Origin: a virus
Length of the DNA stretch: 64,000 nt
Strand: one strand, 5' to 3'
IMG/VR virus record: IMGVR_UViG_3300037042_001212
Location: 16,528-80,527 of that record
Part shown: one piece after another, positions 26,860-36,421 of the stretch
How positions within the stretch are numbered: the first letter of the stretch is position 1
Layout: the number at the start of each line of letters is the position of its first letter
The notes under the pieces: generated by a model
Told to the model about the DNA's origin: nothing
What the model saw: only the letters and a program-made list of their open reading frames with translations
The model's database searches: none
Position numbers and translations under genes: made by a program

Positions 26860-27300
26860 TCACGAGAAAGGGCGGACGCCCTGCTTGTCGATAATCAACC
26901 GGGAATTGCGCGGTTGGGCTCCTTCAAGGCTCGGCACCGAGATATGCGTCCATGAATCAAACTCAAGGATGATCTGGTCGAACGGGACTTCCGCCTTGAT
27001 ACAAGCCTCCACAACCTCGCGGGGCTTCATGCCCGGCACCCGGATATCGGCAGCACATCCAATCCGGTGCTGGCTGCTGTCTTTGGAACCTACGGAGTCG
27101 TTCACCTTCTTCGACCGGAAGCCGGAATTGATCATGATCGGCTTGCCCCCCAAGGCCGTCTTAACCTGTTGCAAAAGGATAGCCAATCGATTCAGGTTCG
27201 CCGTTTCCTGCTCGTTGGGGGTGTTGTCCCATCCGTTGCGATCCGCAGCCTCTGAGCGCGTCAGTTCCTCAAGAGAGAAGTTTGCCGTCAGTTGGGTCAT
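26860..27300 (-). CDS. endolysin, peptidase M15 family
   Basis: NFSLEELTRS, INSGFRS, SQHRIGCAADI, WTHIS zinc ligands. Confidence 0.9.
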   Translation of the reverse strand: MTQLTANFSLEELTRSEAADRNGWDNTPNEQETANLNRLAILLQQVKTALGGKPIMINSGFRSKKVNDSVGSKDSSQHRIGCAADIRVPGMKPREVVEACIKAEVPFDQIILEFDSWTHISVPSLEGAQPRNSRLIIDKQGVRPFS

Positions 27301-27770
27301 TTCTTGTCCTTCTCCTTGCTACCAATCGAAGAGCCAAGCCAGAAGTTCAGCATCGTTGCAATCACGGTTCCAAGCAGGAAGCCGAGGATGGTGTCTGCGA
27401 ACCTTACGTTGTTGGCAGGAATTTCGCTGAACGTCACAAAGCCAATATAAATAACGGCTGCAGCACTCCAAAACATCGTCAGATACATGACGAACCGCTT
27501 GGAGAATTTGTCGTCTTGTTGCAGAGCAATCTTCTGCATATCCCGAGCATCGGCAGTGTTCTTATTGCTTTGCTCGATCATGAATTCTTCGTGCTTCATA
27601 GCGGCCTGCTTTGTGGCCTCAATCTCCTGCGGACTCATGTCAGGCTTTAGCTCAACACCGAGCTTATCGCTAACGTAATCAATGCCCTTATCAACCACAG
27701 CCTGCGCCACTTTAGGCAGGTTGTTCTGCAACAGCATACTGACAACGCCAGAGATAAGAGCCGGGATCAT
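27297..27770 (-). CDS. putative holin / membrane lysis protein
   Basis: Two C-terminal TM segments, FWLGSS.GS..K ending; adjacent to the endolysin. Confidence 0.65.
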   Translation of the reverse strand: MIPALISGVVSMLLQNNLPKVAQAVVDKGIDYVSDKLGVELKPDMSPQEIEATKQAAMKHEEFMIEQSNKNTADARDMQKIALQQDDKFSKRFVMYLTMFWSAAAVIYIGFVTFSEIPANNVRFADTILGFLLGTVIATMLNFWLGSSIGSKEKDKK

Positions 27771-28030
27771 TTTGCTTTCTGCCTTTCTTCAGTCATTCGG
27801 GTTCGCACATGAAGTTCGTGAAGTTCTTTAAATACTTCTTCCTTGAGTTTGTGCCGCGCTTCTGCGGACAACGGACTATCGGTAGGAACGCCAGCGGGCG
27901 TAATCAGTGCGGGCATCTGCCCTTCGATCTTGGTCAGTCGCGTATTAAAAGAGCTAACTTCCCCCAGCAGCCATGCCAACGAGGCCACCACTATGGGGAT
28001 TACAGCCTTCAGTACGTCAGACCAGTTCAT
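27767..28030 (-). CDS. small membrane protein (lysis-associated?)
   Basis: N-terminal TM helix plus coiled coil. Confidence 0.55.
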   Translation of the reverse strand: MNWSDVLKAVIPIVVASLAWLLGEVSSFNTRLTKIEGQMPALITPAGVPTDSPLSAEARHKLKEEVFKELHELHVRTRMTEERQKAK

Positions 28031-28246
28031 TTAACCTTCTACCGAAGAACCACTAAACGGAATCTCGGAGAACGCTGCGCCAGCGAAAGCCCCAGACGAA
28101 TTATCCGATGGGTATACCTGACTCCATACTCCGCTCTGCTTGATGTAAATGGCTGCTGGGGACTTCCAAGTGCCCGCGTCCTTTACATAGGCTTGAACCA
28201 CGGGCTTGAAGACTCCGCCTTGCTTTACGGAGATGGAACGCGGCAT
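28031..28246 (-). CDS. small fibre-associated protein (71 aa)
   Basis: MPRSISVKQGG...YVKDAGTWK...YIKQSGVW repeats; TAATG coupling with the upstream gene; ends in a Phe-triplet motif. Confidence 0.65.
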   Translation of the reverse strand: MPRSISVKQGGVFKPVVQAYVKDAGTWKSPAAIYIKQSGVWSQVYPSDNSSGAFAGAAFSEIPFSGSSVEG

Positions 28247-28878
28247 TACGAAGCAACCCGGTACCAGATGTCTCCATCGGCACCACCAGTCGGAGTGCTT
28301 GTTGACACCGTTCTCGTTCCGTAGCCGTTGGAGGTGGCAGTGGAGATGGTTATTGGCCACGCCCCGGTTGCGCCGGTTCCATCAAGAGCAGGAACCCCAA
28401 GGCTAGTCCGCGCATTTGCAGCGGTGGTAGCGCCCGTGCCGCCATACAGAACCGGAAGCTGGGATATTTGCGGAACAACATTGGTGCCATCGACGTAAAC
28501 CACAAGGTATGTGCCGCTTGCTACGGTGACCCCGGTTCCCGCAGAGGTCTTGACGACAATGCTCTGGGAGCCTGTGGTGTTGTTGCGGATCAGATACGCT
28601 TTTTGAATCGTCGGGACAATCAGGTTCCGCGTAGTCGTGAGCGATCCAGTGGAGGTGACATTCAGTGCAAGGTTCCGTGCCACTTGCGTAGCATTGGAAT
28701 CCGTCAGGGTGATCGTAAGGTCGGCATCGGTCGTGAAGTTCGGATTGCCGTAGCCCACAATGGCTTGCTCAAGCGCAGTACCAAGGTTGGCGTTGGTGGT
28801 AGTGCCCCAAGAGCCTGTCTGGTCACCGAGCGACATAAGCTCGATCTTGAGGTTAGTAGAGTAGGTCGATCCGGGCAT
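28246..28878 (-). CDS. tail fibre / virion structural protein
   Basis: STYSTNLKIELM..G..SWGTTTN, GGTGATTAANARTSLGV, PTGGADGDIWY motifs. Confidence 0.65.
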   Translation of the reverse strand: MPGSTYSTNLKIELMSLGDQTGSWGTTTNANLGTALEQAIVGYGNPNFTTDADLTITLTDSNATQVARNLALNVTSTGSLTTTRNLIVPTIQKAYLIRNNTTGSQSIVVKTSAGTGVTVASGTYLVVYVDGTNVVPQISQLPVLYGGTGATTAANARTSLGVPALDGTGATGAWPITISTATSNGYGTRTVSTSTPTGGADGDIWYRVAS

Positions 28879-28905
28879 GTATTCCCCCGCCTTTATCTGA
28901 TGTTT

Positions 28906-29151
28906 TTAAGGCCGCGGCGCATTAACAACTGGATTGATTTCCCCTAAAACCGTGTCATACCAAAATTGGTCGGCAACAACGGAAGGATCGCAATCTACCC
29001 AAAATAAAGGCTCGGATACTGGGAAATCAGTATCTGAAACTTCGCAAACCCTAGCACTATCCGGATAGGTCGCATACACAGGTTCAAGCGGGGTTCCGCT
29101 CCAGTTTTCGACATACTGAACGGGAAAACGATTATCAATTAGTGCTTTCAT
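28906..29151 (-). CDS. hypothetical protein, possible fibre assembly chaperone
   Basis: 81 aa directly downstream of a Gly-rich fibre gene. Confidence 0.5.
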   Translation of the reverse strand: MKALIDNRFPVQYVENWSGTPLEPVYATYPDSARVCEVSDTDFPVSEPLFWVDCDPSVVADQFWYDTVLGEINPVVNAPRP

Positions 29152-29154
29152 GGG

Positions 29155-30036
29155 TTATCCAATATATTGAATGTAAACAGCGCCACCGGTGCCGCCAGAA
29201 GCATCGGATGCGGTAGTTCCACCAGCACCAGTTGCGCCGGGAACGCGGTTTAGAGCCGCAGTCCATGTTACAGCCGCCGTAGCAGATGCCCCATTTGCGC
29301 GTGCTGTCAAACCAACAAAGTCACCGCCAGCGCCATAAAGGACAGAACTGTTGGCAGTAACCCCGCTTGTGCCAGCGCCAGCCGCGCCATCAGCGCCGCT
29401 ACTGTTTCCAGAAACTCCACCACTGCCCCCGGTTGCGGACAACAACGAGCCTAAAGAACTGGTTGCGCCAGCACTACCGTTTGTTGATGCTGTATTTGTG
29501 CCTGCCCCGCCAGCGCCAACGGTTGCTACGTAGCCAGTGCCGGGAACTACTGTGTAAATGCCGACAGCAATTCCGCCAGCACCGCCACTGCCGCCGTTAT
29601 TAGGGCCACCAGCATCATGGTTGCCACCACCGCCACCGCCGCCGATACAGATAACTTTGACTCTAGTAACTCCGGTAGGAGCAGTCCAAGTCGTTGCGCC
29701 AGAAGTGTATAGGTCGTATTGCGGCTGCTGCAGAGCTACACCAGCAGGAAATGTGCAGAATACGTCTTTGGTTCCGGCAGAAAAGTTCACCAGCGACCCG
29801 GAGTTCGATGACGACAAAACTGTGGTTCGAGACAGCGTGGTTCCAGACGAGGTGTAGGTTCCAATGCCAACCTCAAACTCTGATGTTCCTTGGCCAGCAA
29901 TGCAGTAGTAGGTCTCGTTGGCGTTACCGATGACGGAGAACGATTGAAACCCAGTAGCCGCACCAGATAAAGTAACGGTTCCTGTGCTAGTAGTGGTGGT
30001 TGTCTCTTTAACTCGATCCTTCACGACGAATGCCAT
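29155..30036 (-). CDS. glycine-rich tail fibre / receptor-binding protein
   Basis: DRVKETTTTT..GTVTL N-terminus; WTAPTGVTRVKVICIGGGGGGG glycine-rich domain. Confidence 0.7.
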   Translation of the reverse strand: MAFVVKDRVKETTTTTSTGTVTLSGAATGFQSFSVIGNANETYYCIAGQGTSEFEVGIGTYTSSGTTLSRTTVLSSSNSGSLVNFSAGTKDVFCTFPAGVALQQPQYDLYTSGATTWTAPTGVTRVKVICIGGGGGGGNHDAGGPNNGGSGGAGGIAVGIYTVVPGTGYVATVGAGGAGTNTASTNGSAGATSSLGSLLSATGGSGGVSGNSSGADGAAGAGTSGVTANSSVLYGAGGDFVGLTARANGASATAAVTWTAALNRVPGATGAGGTTASDASGGTGGAVYIQYIG

Positions 30037-30045
30037 ACTATCTCC

Positions 30046-33000
30046 TTATGTTTCGGTTACTTCCCAGTCAGGCTGTTGCTGAGTATCGATATCTTCCCAG
30101 TCATCAGCACTCGGTGTTGTTGCAGTAGACCATGCCGCTGATTGTGTATTCGGAATATTGACCCAACCGCTGCCACCGCTACCCTGAATCGTTGACCACC
30201 CGGAACCCTGTGCAGTTCCAACCGGGCTCCAAGTCGTTGACCCGCTGGGGTCAATCATACTCCAGCTTACTGCCTGCGTAGTGCTGACTGCCGTCCAGCT
30301 ACCGTCCGGGCCCGCCGCAACCAGACTCCAACCAGCGGACTGCGTAACCCCCACTGGCGTCCAGCCGCTGCCACCGGAGGTGCCTATATTTTGCCAGTTT
30401 GGGGTCTGATTGTCACTGATCAGTTCCCACGGCGGCGGGGCGAAAACGAACCCAACGGCACCGGTGGCAAACACCCCGGTCAGGGTTGCACCGTAAACGA
30501 CTTGAACGCCACCAACTTCACCCGCAGCCGAGACGCCCGACAGGGCTACGGTCAGGAAAACGCCGAAATCCCCAACAGACCCTACCAACTGGACGCCTGA
30601 CAGAAGTTGTCCGCCTTCAACCGTTCCGACTTCCCCGGATGCGAATACCCCAGTCAGGGCTACCGTAACGCTCACCTCCGGGGTTCCGGCCTCGCCGGTG
30701 GCCTCTACACCGATTAGGGTGACCGGCGTTGACGCTTCTATGTCACCAACCTGCCCTTCCGCTTGGACAAGCGGCATCCCTGCATAGCCACTGAATGGCG
30801 CAAAGGCGAAGGGCGAATCACCAAAGGCACCGGCACCCGCATACCCGCTATTGATCTCCACGGTAATGGAGGGGGTAACGCTACCGACTTCTCCGGTGGA
30901 CTCAACACCGGTAAGGTCTTCTTCAGGGACTACATAACCAACCTCGCCAGTGGCGGATACCCCGGACAAGGTAATGTCCAATACCGCGCCAACAGCGCCG
31001 ATCTCGCCACGAGCGACCGCGCCGGAGGATGCGTCATCACCGCTAAACGCTGTTTCAGAGAAAGCCCCGCTGCTGAACCCGCCACTCGAAACGTAGGCGG
31101 TGATCGGAACGGTCAGGGACGGGGCTTGGGTGCCGGTGCCTGAAACTGCTTCAACACCGGTAAGGTCTTTTTCAGGGGTTACATAGCCAACCTCACCGGT
31201 TGTAGAGACACCCGTAATATCAACCGGGAAGGTGGAAGTAACGTCCCCGACCTCACCGATTGAGACGGCCCCGGAGTAGGAGGAGACGCCGCTAAATGCG
31301 TCTTCAGAGAACGCGCCGCTGCTGAACCCGCCGCTGGATATGTATTGCGTGATCGGGACTGACAGGGAAGGCGTAAGCGAACCGACACTAGTTGCAAGCG
31401 ATACACCGCTTATTTCTACGGTTGCTTCCGTCCCGACATTACCGACTTGGCCGGTGGCTATTACCCCGTCTTCTTGTTCAGAGGTAGAGCCGGTAATATC
31501 ACCAACAGCACAGGTTGACTCAACACCTGTCAGCGATATCGTGGTGCTGGGGGTTAAGCTGCCAACATCACCTGTGGCCTCTACCCCGGTAACGACTATG
31601 TTGTATTCGACATCCCCAACCTGACCGGAGGCGTAGACCCCGGGCGGAATGGACTCACCACCAAACGGGGTGGCAGAGAACGATGCGTCACTGAAGGCAC
31701 CGATGCTGCTCCACGCGCTGATCTCGACGGTCGTGGATGGGGATTGGTTGCCAGCGGCACCGGTGGCATCGACACTAGTTAAAGCAGGAGCGGACTCAGC
31801 AGATACGTTCCCTACCGAGCCCGTAGCCTCAACGCCGGTAACGGATACGCTAAGGTTGGCCGTGACATTGCCAGCAGACCCAGTTGCTGAGACACCGGAT
31901 ATCTCCACTGAATACAGAACATCACCGACCTCACCTGTAGCTGACACCCCGCTCAGTGTTACGGAGGACGATGGCGTCACACTACCAACATCGCCGGTTG
32001 CCGCTACACCGCTGATCGTTACATCAATGTTCGCTGTGACGCCGCCTACCGCACCGGTTGCCTCTACGCCGGTCAGGGCAACTGTAGTGCTTGGTGCTAC
32101 GGTTCCGACGCCGCCTGTCGATTCAACGCCGGATATCGAATACGTCTTCTCGCCAACTACGTCCCCTGTTTCACCGGTGGCCTGAACAAGTGGCATCCCG
32201 GCATAGCCACCGAACGGTGCAAAGGAGAACGAGGCATCACTGAAGGCACCAGCGCCTTCGTAGCCGCTATTGATCCCAACGCTGATGTCTACAGATACGC
32301 TGCCGACACTGCCAGTCGCTTCTGTGCCAGTTATACCTACCGTGGACTCAGTGCCAACATTGCCGACCTGACCCGTGGCAATAACACCGTCTTCCTGCTC
32401 AGAGGTAGAGCCGGTAATATCACCAACAGCGCAGGCGGAAGAGACGCTAGTTAGAGCAACACTGGTCGACGGGGCTACATTCCCAACGCTACCTGTGGCC
32501 TCTACTCCAGACAGGCCCACCGCATACTGAACATCACCAACGCTACCTGTTGCGGATACACCGGTTACATCAAGAGTGGTACTGGGTGAAACAGAACCGA
32601 CAGCCGCCGTTTCTTCAACTCCGGATAGAGCGACAAGACGCTCGCCCATCGATACGACACCAACGTCGCCGGTGGCCGAAACTCCGTCTTCATCGACCGT
32701 GGTGTTGGCGGTTACAGAGCCAACCGCGCCGGATGCTTCAACCCCGGATATGGGGACTGCGTAGCCAACGTCTCCCACCGCGCCCGTTGCTGAGACGCTG
32801 GTAAGGGCAACATCAACCTGAACGCCGGTGTTACCTACCTGACCTGTAGCAGTAACCCCAGTGAGGGCTACATCGACGCTCCCTGTGACGCCGCCTACCG
32901 CGCCGGTAGCCTCTACGCCGGTCAGGGCAACTGTAGTGCTGGGGGTTACGGTGCCAACACCACCAGTGCTTTCAACGCCGGTGAGGGCGGCTTCTTGGGT

Positions 33001-33489
33001 GATTACCGCGACTACATTACCGACCTGACCAACGGCAGAAACGCCCGGGCCACCGAGAGTCCCGGTAAACGGTATCGTAGAGAACGGGGAATCACTGAAT
33101 GCACCATCAGCACTAGACGATGCCGTGGGGACGGTAGTGGTTGGCGGAAGAGTCCCGGCACTGACCGTAGACGCAACGCCAGATAGGGCAACGGTGTAAC
33201 TCAGGTTGTCTACAGCGCCAGTGGCCGCTACACCACTGATCGCTATATTAGGGTTTGGTGATGCAGTCCCAGCATCTACGGTCGCCGTAACGCCGTTTAA
33301 ACTGGTTGTGGAGGTTACGCCAAGACTGTCTACGGCACCGGTGGCCGTATTACCCGTGGCAGCTACGGATACTGACGGCGAGACTGTGCCTACCGCCCCG
33401 CTGGCGGATACGCCAGATAGAACAACAAACGCCAGTACCGCTGCTGTGGCACTGAATGGCGTTGCTGAAAACGGGGCGTCACTGAACAT
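30046..33489 (-). CDS. acidic Ser/Thr/Gly/Val-rich repeat fibre protein (1147 aa)
   Basis: Dozens of ~20-aa (L/I)(S/T)GVxATGxVGxV repeats, seven Phe-triplet motifs, C-terminal 11-residue Trp repeats; almost no Lys/Arg. Confidence 0.75.
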   Translation of the reverse strand: MFSDAPFSATPFSATAAVLAFVVLSGVSASGAVGTVSPSVSVAATGNTATGAVDSLGVTSTTSLNGVTATVDAGTASPNPNIAISGVAATGAVDNLSYTVALSGVASTVSAGTLPPTTTVPTASSSADGAFSDSPFSTIPFTGTLGGPGVSAVGQVGNVVAVITQEAALTGVESTGGVGTVTPSTTVALTGVEATGAVGGVTGSVDVALTGVTATGQVGNTGVQVDVALTSVSATGAVGDVGYAVPISGVEASGAVGSVTANTTVDEDGVSATGDVGVVSMGERLVALSGVEETAAVGSVSPSTTLDVTGVSATGSVGDVQYAVGLSGVEATGSVGNVAPSTSVALTSVSSACAVGDITGSTSEQEDGVIATGQVGNVGTESTVGITGTEATGSVGSVSVDISVGINSGYEGAGAFSDASFSFAPFGGYAGMPLVQATGETGDVVGEKTYSISGVESTGGVGTVAPSTTVALTGVEATGAVGGVTANIDVTISGVAATGDVGSVTPSSSVTLSGVSATGEVGDVLYSVEISGVSATGSAGNVTANLSVSVTGVEATGSVGNVSAESAPALTSVDATGAAGNQSPSTTVEISAWSSIGAFSDASFSATPFGGESIPPGVYASGQVGDVEYNIVVTGVEATGDVGSLTPSTTISLTGVESTCAVGDITGSTSEQEDGVIATGQVGNVGTEATVEISGVSLATSVGSLTPSLSVPITQYISSGGFSSGAFSEDAFSGVSSYSGAVSIGEVGDVTSTFPVDITGVSTTGEVGYVTPEKDLTGVEAVSGTGTQAPSLTVPITAYVSSGGFSSGAFSETAFSGDDASSGAVARGEIGAVGAVLDITLSGVSATGEVGYVVPEEDLTGVESTGEVGSVTPSITVEINSGYAGAGAFGDSPFAFAPFSGYAGMPLVQAEGQVGDIEASTPVTLIGVEATGEAGTPEVSVTVALTGVFASGEVGTVEGGQLLSGVQLVGSVGDFGVFLTVALSGVSAAGEVGGVQVVYGATLTGVFATGAVGFVFAPPPWELISDNQTPNWQNIGTSGGSGWTPVGVTQSAGWSLVAAGPDGSWTAVSTTQAVSWSMIDPSGSTTWSPVGTAQGSGWSTIQGSGGSGWVNIPNTQSAAWSTATTPSADDWEDIDTQQQPDWEVTET

Positions 33490-33520
33490 ACGCTACACGG
33501 GGTTCCCCCCGCGCCCCGGG

Positions 33521-33979
33521 TTACGCGAGGCGAATAAGAGCAGTCGCCGCTGCGTTGGCTGGCATCGTCAGCGTGAACGTACCGGCAGTCACCGTCTGCG
33601 AACCAAACGTATGAACGCTCACTGCGCGGTTGCCCTGCGTGTTGTTATAGATCAGCACCGCATCAAACGCGGTAGTCAGCGTCACGGTCGTGTAGGTAAT
33701 GCTGCCCGTTGGCGTAGTGAACCCGGTTGTGCCGCTGGTTGACGGAGCGTTCCATGCGCCGGTAGTAACGCCACCAGCCGTGTAGCCAGTGCCCGACACT
33801 TCGCTGGTAGCCGTGTAAGCCGTGGCGGTAGCGTTCATCGTGGCTGATGCTAGATACAGTGCCGCTTTAAACGCGTCAGCCGTATTGAGAGTATGCGCGG
33901 GGTTGGCTGCGCTAAAGTTGTGATAAGCGTTCAGGAGTTCACCCTTGAACGAAGTTGCCATTGCTTGGGTATTTGCCAT
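33521..33979 (-). CDS. virion structural protein (paralog A of the 'TGYTAGG' family)
   Basis: SFKGELL..FKAALY..EVSGTGYTAGG..AVLIYN..V.VHTFG. Confidence 0.65.
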   Translation of the reverse strand: MANTQAMATSFKGELLNAYHNFSAANPAHTLNTADAFKAALYLASATMNATATAYTATSEVSGTGYTAGGVTTGAWNAPSTSGTTGFTTPTGSITYTTVTLTTAFDAVLIYNNTQGNRAVSVHTFGSQTVTAGTFTLTMPANAAATALIRLA

Positions 33980-33998
33980 TGCGGTTTCCTTTTTTAAA

Positions 33999-34193
33999 TT
34001 AGGCGATCATTGCTGCAACGCCATCTGCCAAAACATTCTTTTTAAGAACAACATGAACAGAGCGGTGAACAAGTTCACCTTCAAGCCAGTATTCAATCCA
34101 TTGAGTCATCTCATGATCGTTATCGATCATGCCTTCTTTTTTCTCAAGAAGTGACTCGTCCATCTCGCCTTTTGTCGTTGTCACTATTGCCAT
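33999..34193 (-). CDS. small hypothetical protein
   Basis: 64 aa, AGAGG RBS. Confidence 0.6.
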   Translation of the reverse strand: MAIVTTTKGEMDESLLEKKEGMIDNDHEMTQWIEYWLEGELVHRSVHVVLKKNVLADGVAAMIA

Positions 34194-34917
34194 ATGTCGC
34201 CTCTTTAATTACTGGAACAGCCGAACCTTCAAACAAATACGACCCAGCATGGCCGAGCCGAACCCAAGGAGCAACGTGTATTTTAATCCCGTTCTGTCTG
34301 CACAGGTAGCAAAACGCGTAGTCTTCCGAAAGCTGCCTCCCGGTCTCCGGGTCTTTCATAAGAAAGAAGAAGCTGTTTACGGTCTTCTCGCTGGTACTGT
34401 CAACGTAGGTATCTGTGTGGGGCGCTAGAGCCTCAAAAACAGACCGCTTAATCAGCATAAACCCCGTGCCAGCGCCAAAAACTTCAGCGGGGTCATTGAC
34501 GCTGACCACCCGCTCCTTCTCGTTGTTCAGCAGGTTTACCACCAGCGTTCCAGTATACCGAGACAGATCATCCGGCCCCGCGCCAGCCAGCGCCATCTTA
34601 TGAACCATATGCCAGTTGATTTCCTTCTTGGGGTATACCCCGGCGATCACATCCTTGTCGGCCTGCAGCATCTTCCAAATATCGGCAGCGTCAAATTTGA
34701 TGTCCGCATCGATGAAAATCATGTGGGTGAAGTCATGCTGCAACAGGATTGCGGCAAGCTGATCCCGGGCGCTGGTGATCAAGCTGTTGTTGTAGATGTA
34801 AGCGAACGCAACATCAACGCCGTGTCCGTTAAGGGTCGGGATGATGCCAAGAGACGAGCGTGCGTATTCACCCGCACACATCCCACCAAACATCGGCGTA
34901 GCCACAAGGAGTTTCAT
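34144..34917 (-). CDS. GT-A-fold glycosyltransferase-like protein
   Basis: LLVATPMFGG, ARDQL, FIDADI (DxD), GTGFMLIKR, LSEDYAFC, LGHAG. Confidence 0.75.
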   Translation of the reverse strand: MKLLVATPMFGGMCAGEYARSSLGIIPTLNGHGVDVAFAYIYNNSLITSARDQLAAILLQHDFTHMIFIDADIKFDAADIWKMLQADKDVIAGVYPKKEINWHMVHKMALAGAGPDDLSRYTGTLVVNLLNNEKERVVSVNDPAEVFGAGTGFMLIKRSVFEALAPHTDTYVDSTSEKTVNSFFFLMKDPETGRQLSEDYAFCYLCRQNGIKIHVAPWVRLGHAGSYLFEGSAVPVIKEATYGNSDNDKRRDGRVTS

Positions 34918-35360
34918 GCAAGCCTCAGAATCGCTGAAGTGCTGGATGCTGTCGGGAACTGCACTTGGAACGTGGTCGTTGAGGTCTTGTCAGAACCGAA
35001 GTCTAGAACAAAAACCGCAGGGTTGGTCGTGCCGTTAAACTTGTAAACCAGCGCTCCGCGAGCGGTGATAGCACCAGACCACGACGCATTCGAGAAAGAG
35101 ATATACGCTGAAGCACCGCTTCCGGTCTGAGCCCCGATGGTCGGCACTTGGCTGATGGTCAGGGTCGCACCACCTGCGGTGTACCCGGAGTCAGTAACCT
35201 CACCCGTAACGGTGTAGGCGGTCGTGTCGGAGTCCAGTGTCGCAGCGTTGGTATACAGCGCGATCTTGTAGACATCAGTCGTGCCTGTGCCGAAGTCGTA
35301 GGTGCCGTCCAACAGGCCGGTCTTGAATACGTTACACGCTGCATTTCCGGTAAAGGCCAT
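34914..35360 (-). CDS. virion structural protein (paralog B)
   Basis: FKTGLL..YKIALYT..EVTDSGYTAGG..GALVYK..VLDFG. Confidence 0.65.
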   Translation of the reverse strand: MAFTGNAACNVFKTGLLDGTYDFGTGTTDVYKIALYTNAATLDSDTTAYTVTGEVTDSGYTAGGATLTISQVPTIGAQTGSGASAYISFSNASWSGAITARGALVYKFNGTTNPAVFVLDFGSDKTSTTTFQVQFPTASSTSAILRLA

Positions 35361-35361
35361 A

Positions 35362-36066
35362 TCAGCTTACAGGGACGCGAGGCGTCCCGCTCCGGTATTG
35401 ATCTTGCTTCTCCATGCCATCACCAAGGCGCTTTGCCATCATCAACGAGTCCTGATACTTCTTCTCGTAGGTGGTAATCATGTCGGCCTCACCTTTCATA
35501 AAGGTGTACGCCTCCACCAGAGAGCCATACAGCAGCACCGGATCAAAGTTCTCAGCAAGCCAGCTATTGCCACTTGCCGCGACCGTGATGGACTCGGGCA
35601 CATAATAGTAATGTAGCTCCACCACATAGGCAGCGTCAGGCGTAGGCCCAAGAAGGAACGTCAGTTCAGTCTCGTCCGTGGATAGCGGGCCGAACATGGA
35701 GTAATACTGCGGTAGGCCAGTAACAGCTGGAACCGGAAATGCCGCACGGATAAAGCTCACATCCTTGTTCAACAAGAACTCATAAGCCCCGGTGCCATCC
35801 ACCACCGCCATCGAAAAGACGGCGAGGAAGTCTGTCGGACAGTTCAGATACTTGTTGCTGGCCGTAGTAGAGCCGGTAACATTTTTCCGCAGTGCGGGGA
35901 ACAGGACGGTGTTGTAGATTCGCTGTTCGGCCTGCGTGATGAAGATGTTGATCTGCTCGGCACTGGTGATGGCGACCGTCGATCCGGTGCTACCAGTAAA
36001 GCTGGTAGTTGGGAACTCATTCTCAAGATATCCCTTGATCGTTGTAAACAGTGTCGAGTAGTTCAT
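35362..36066 (-). CDS. head-tail adaptor / tail tubular protein
   Basis: FITQAEQRI, LGPTPD, LLYGSLVEAY pattern. Confidence 0.65.
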   Translation of the reverse strand: MNYSTLFTTIKGYLENEFPTTSFTGSTGSTVAITSAEQINIFITQAEQRIYNTVLFPALRKNVTGSTTASNKYLNCPTDFLAVFSMAVVDGTGAYEFLLNKDVSFIRAAFPVPAVTGLPQYYSMFGPLSTDETELTFLLGPTPDAAYVVELHYYYVPESITVAASGNSWLAENFDPVLLYGSLVEAYTFMKGEADMITTYEKKYQDSLMMAKRLGDGMEKQDQYRSGTPRVPVS

Positions 36067-36074
36067 GCTTCACC

Positions 36075-36269
36075 TCACGCCATCGGGCCGCGAGCGGTAG
36101 TCCCTTTGGTAGCCGCACCGTTGCCACGAGTCTTGATACCCGAAGACTTCGGCTCGGCGTAACCCTTGCTGCTCAGATTAGCAACGGAGACCCGCAGGTC
36201 GTTGATGGTCTTCTGATTGTCAGCAGCGCCAACCTTGACAGGGGCTACTTTCTTGATCTTGTCCATCAT
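36075..36269 (-). CDS. small basic protein
   Basis: RGNGAATKG motif. Confidence 0.6.
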   Translation of the reverse strand: MMDKIKKVAPVKVGAADNQKTINDLRVSVANLSSKGYAEPKSSGIKTRGNGAATKGTTARGPMA

Positions 36270-36412
36270 TTGCCCCTTTGGTTTTTGGCACGAGCCATGT
36301 TGCGGCCAACAGCCTTCATTGCCGCCGAGGTCACGCCACCCTTCTTAAAGGTCGCGGTCTTGCCCGGATGCATGTTCTTTTCGTGCTTTGTGACTGCTTT
36401 CTTTGCGTCCAT
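36266..36412 (-). CDS. small basic protein (48 aa, not in the ORF track)
   Basis: MDAKKAVTKHEKNMHPGKTATFKKGGVTSAAMKAVGRNMARAKNQRGK; AGGAG RBS; ATGA overlap. Confidence 0.65.
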   Translation of the reverse strand: MDAKKAVTKHEKNMHPGKTATFKKGGVTSAAMKAVGRNMARAKNQRGK

Positions 36413-36421
36413 GTGGTTCTC

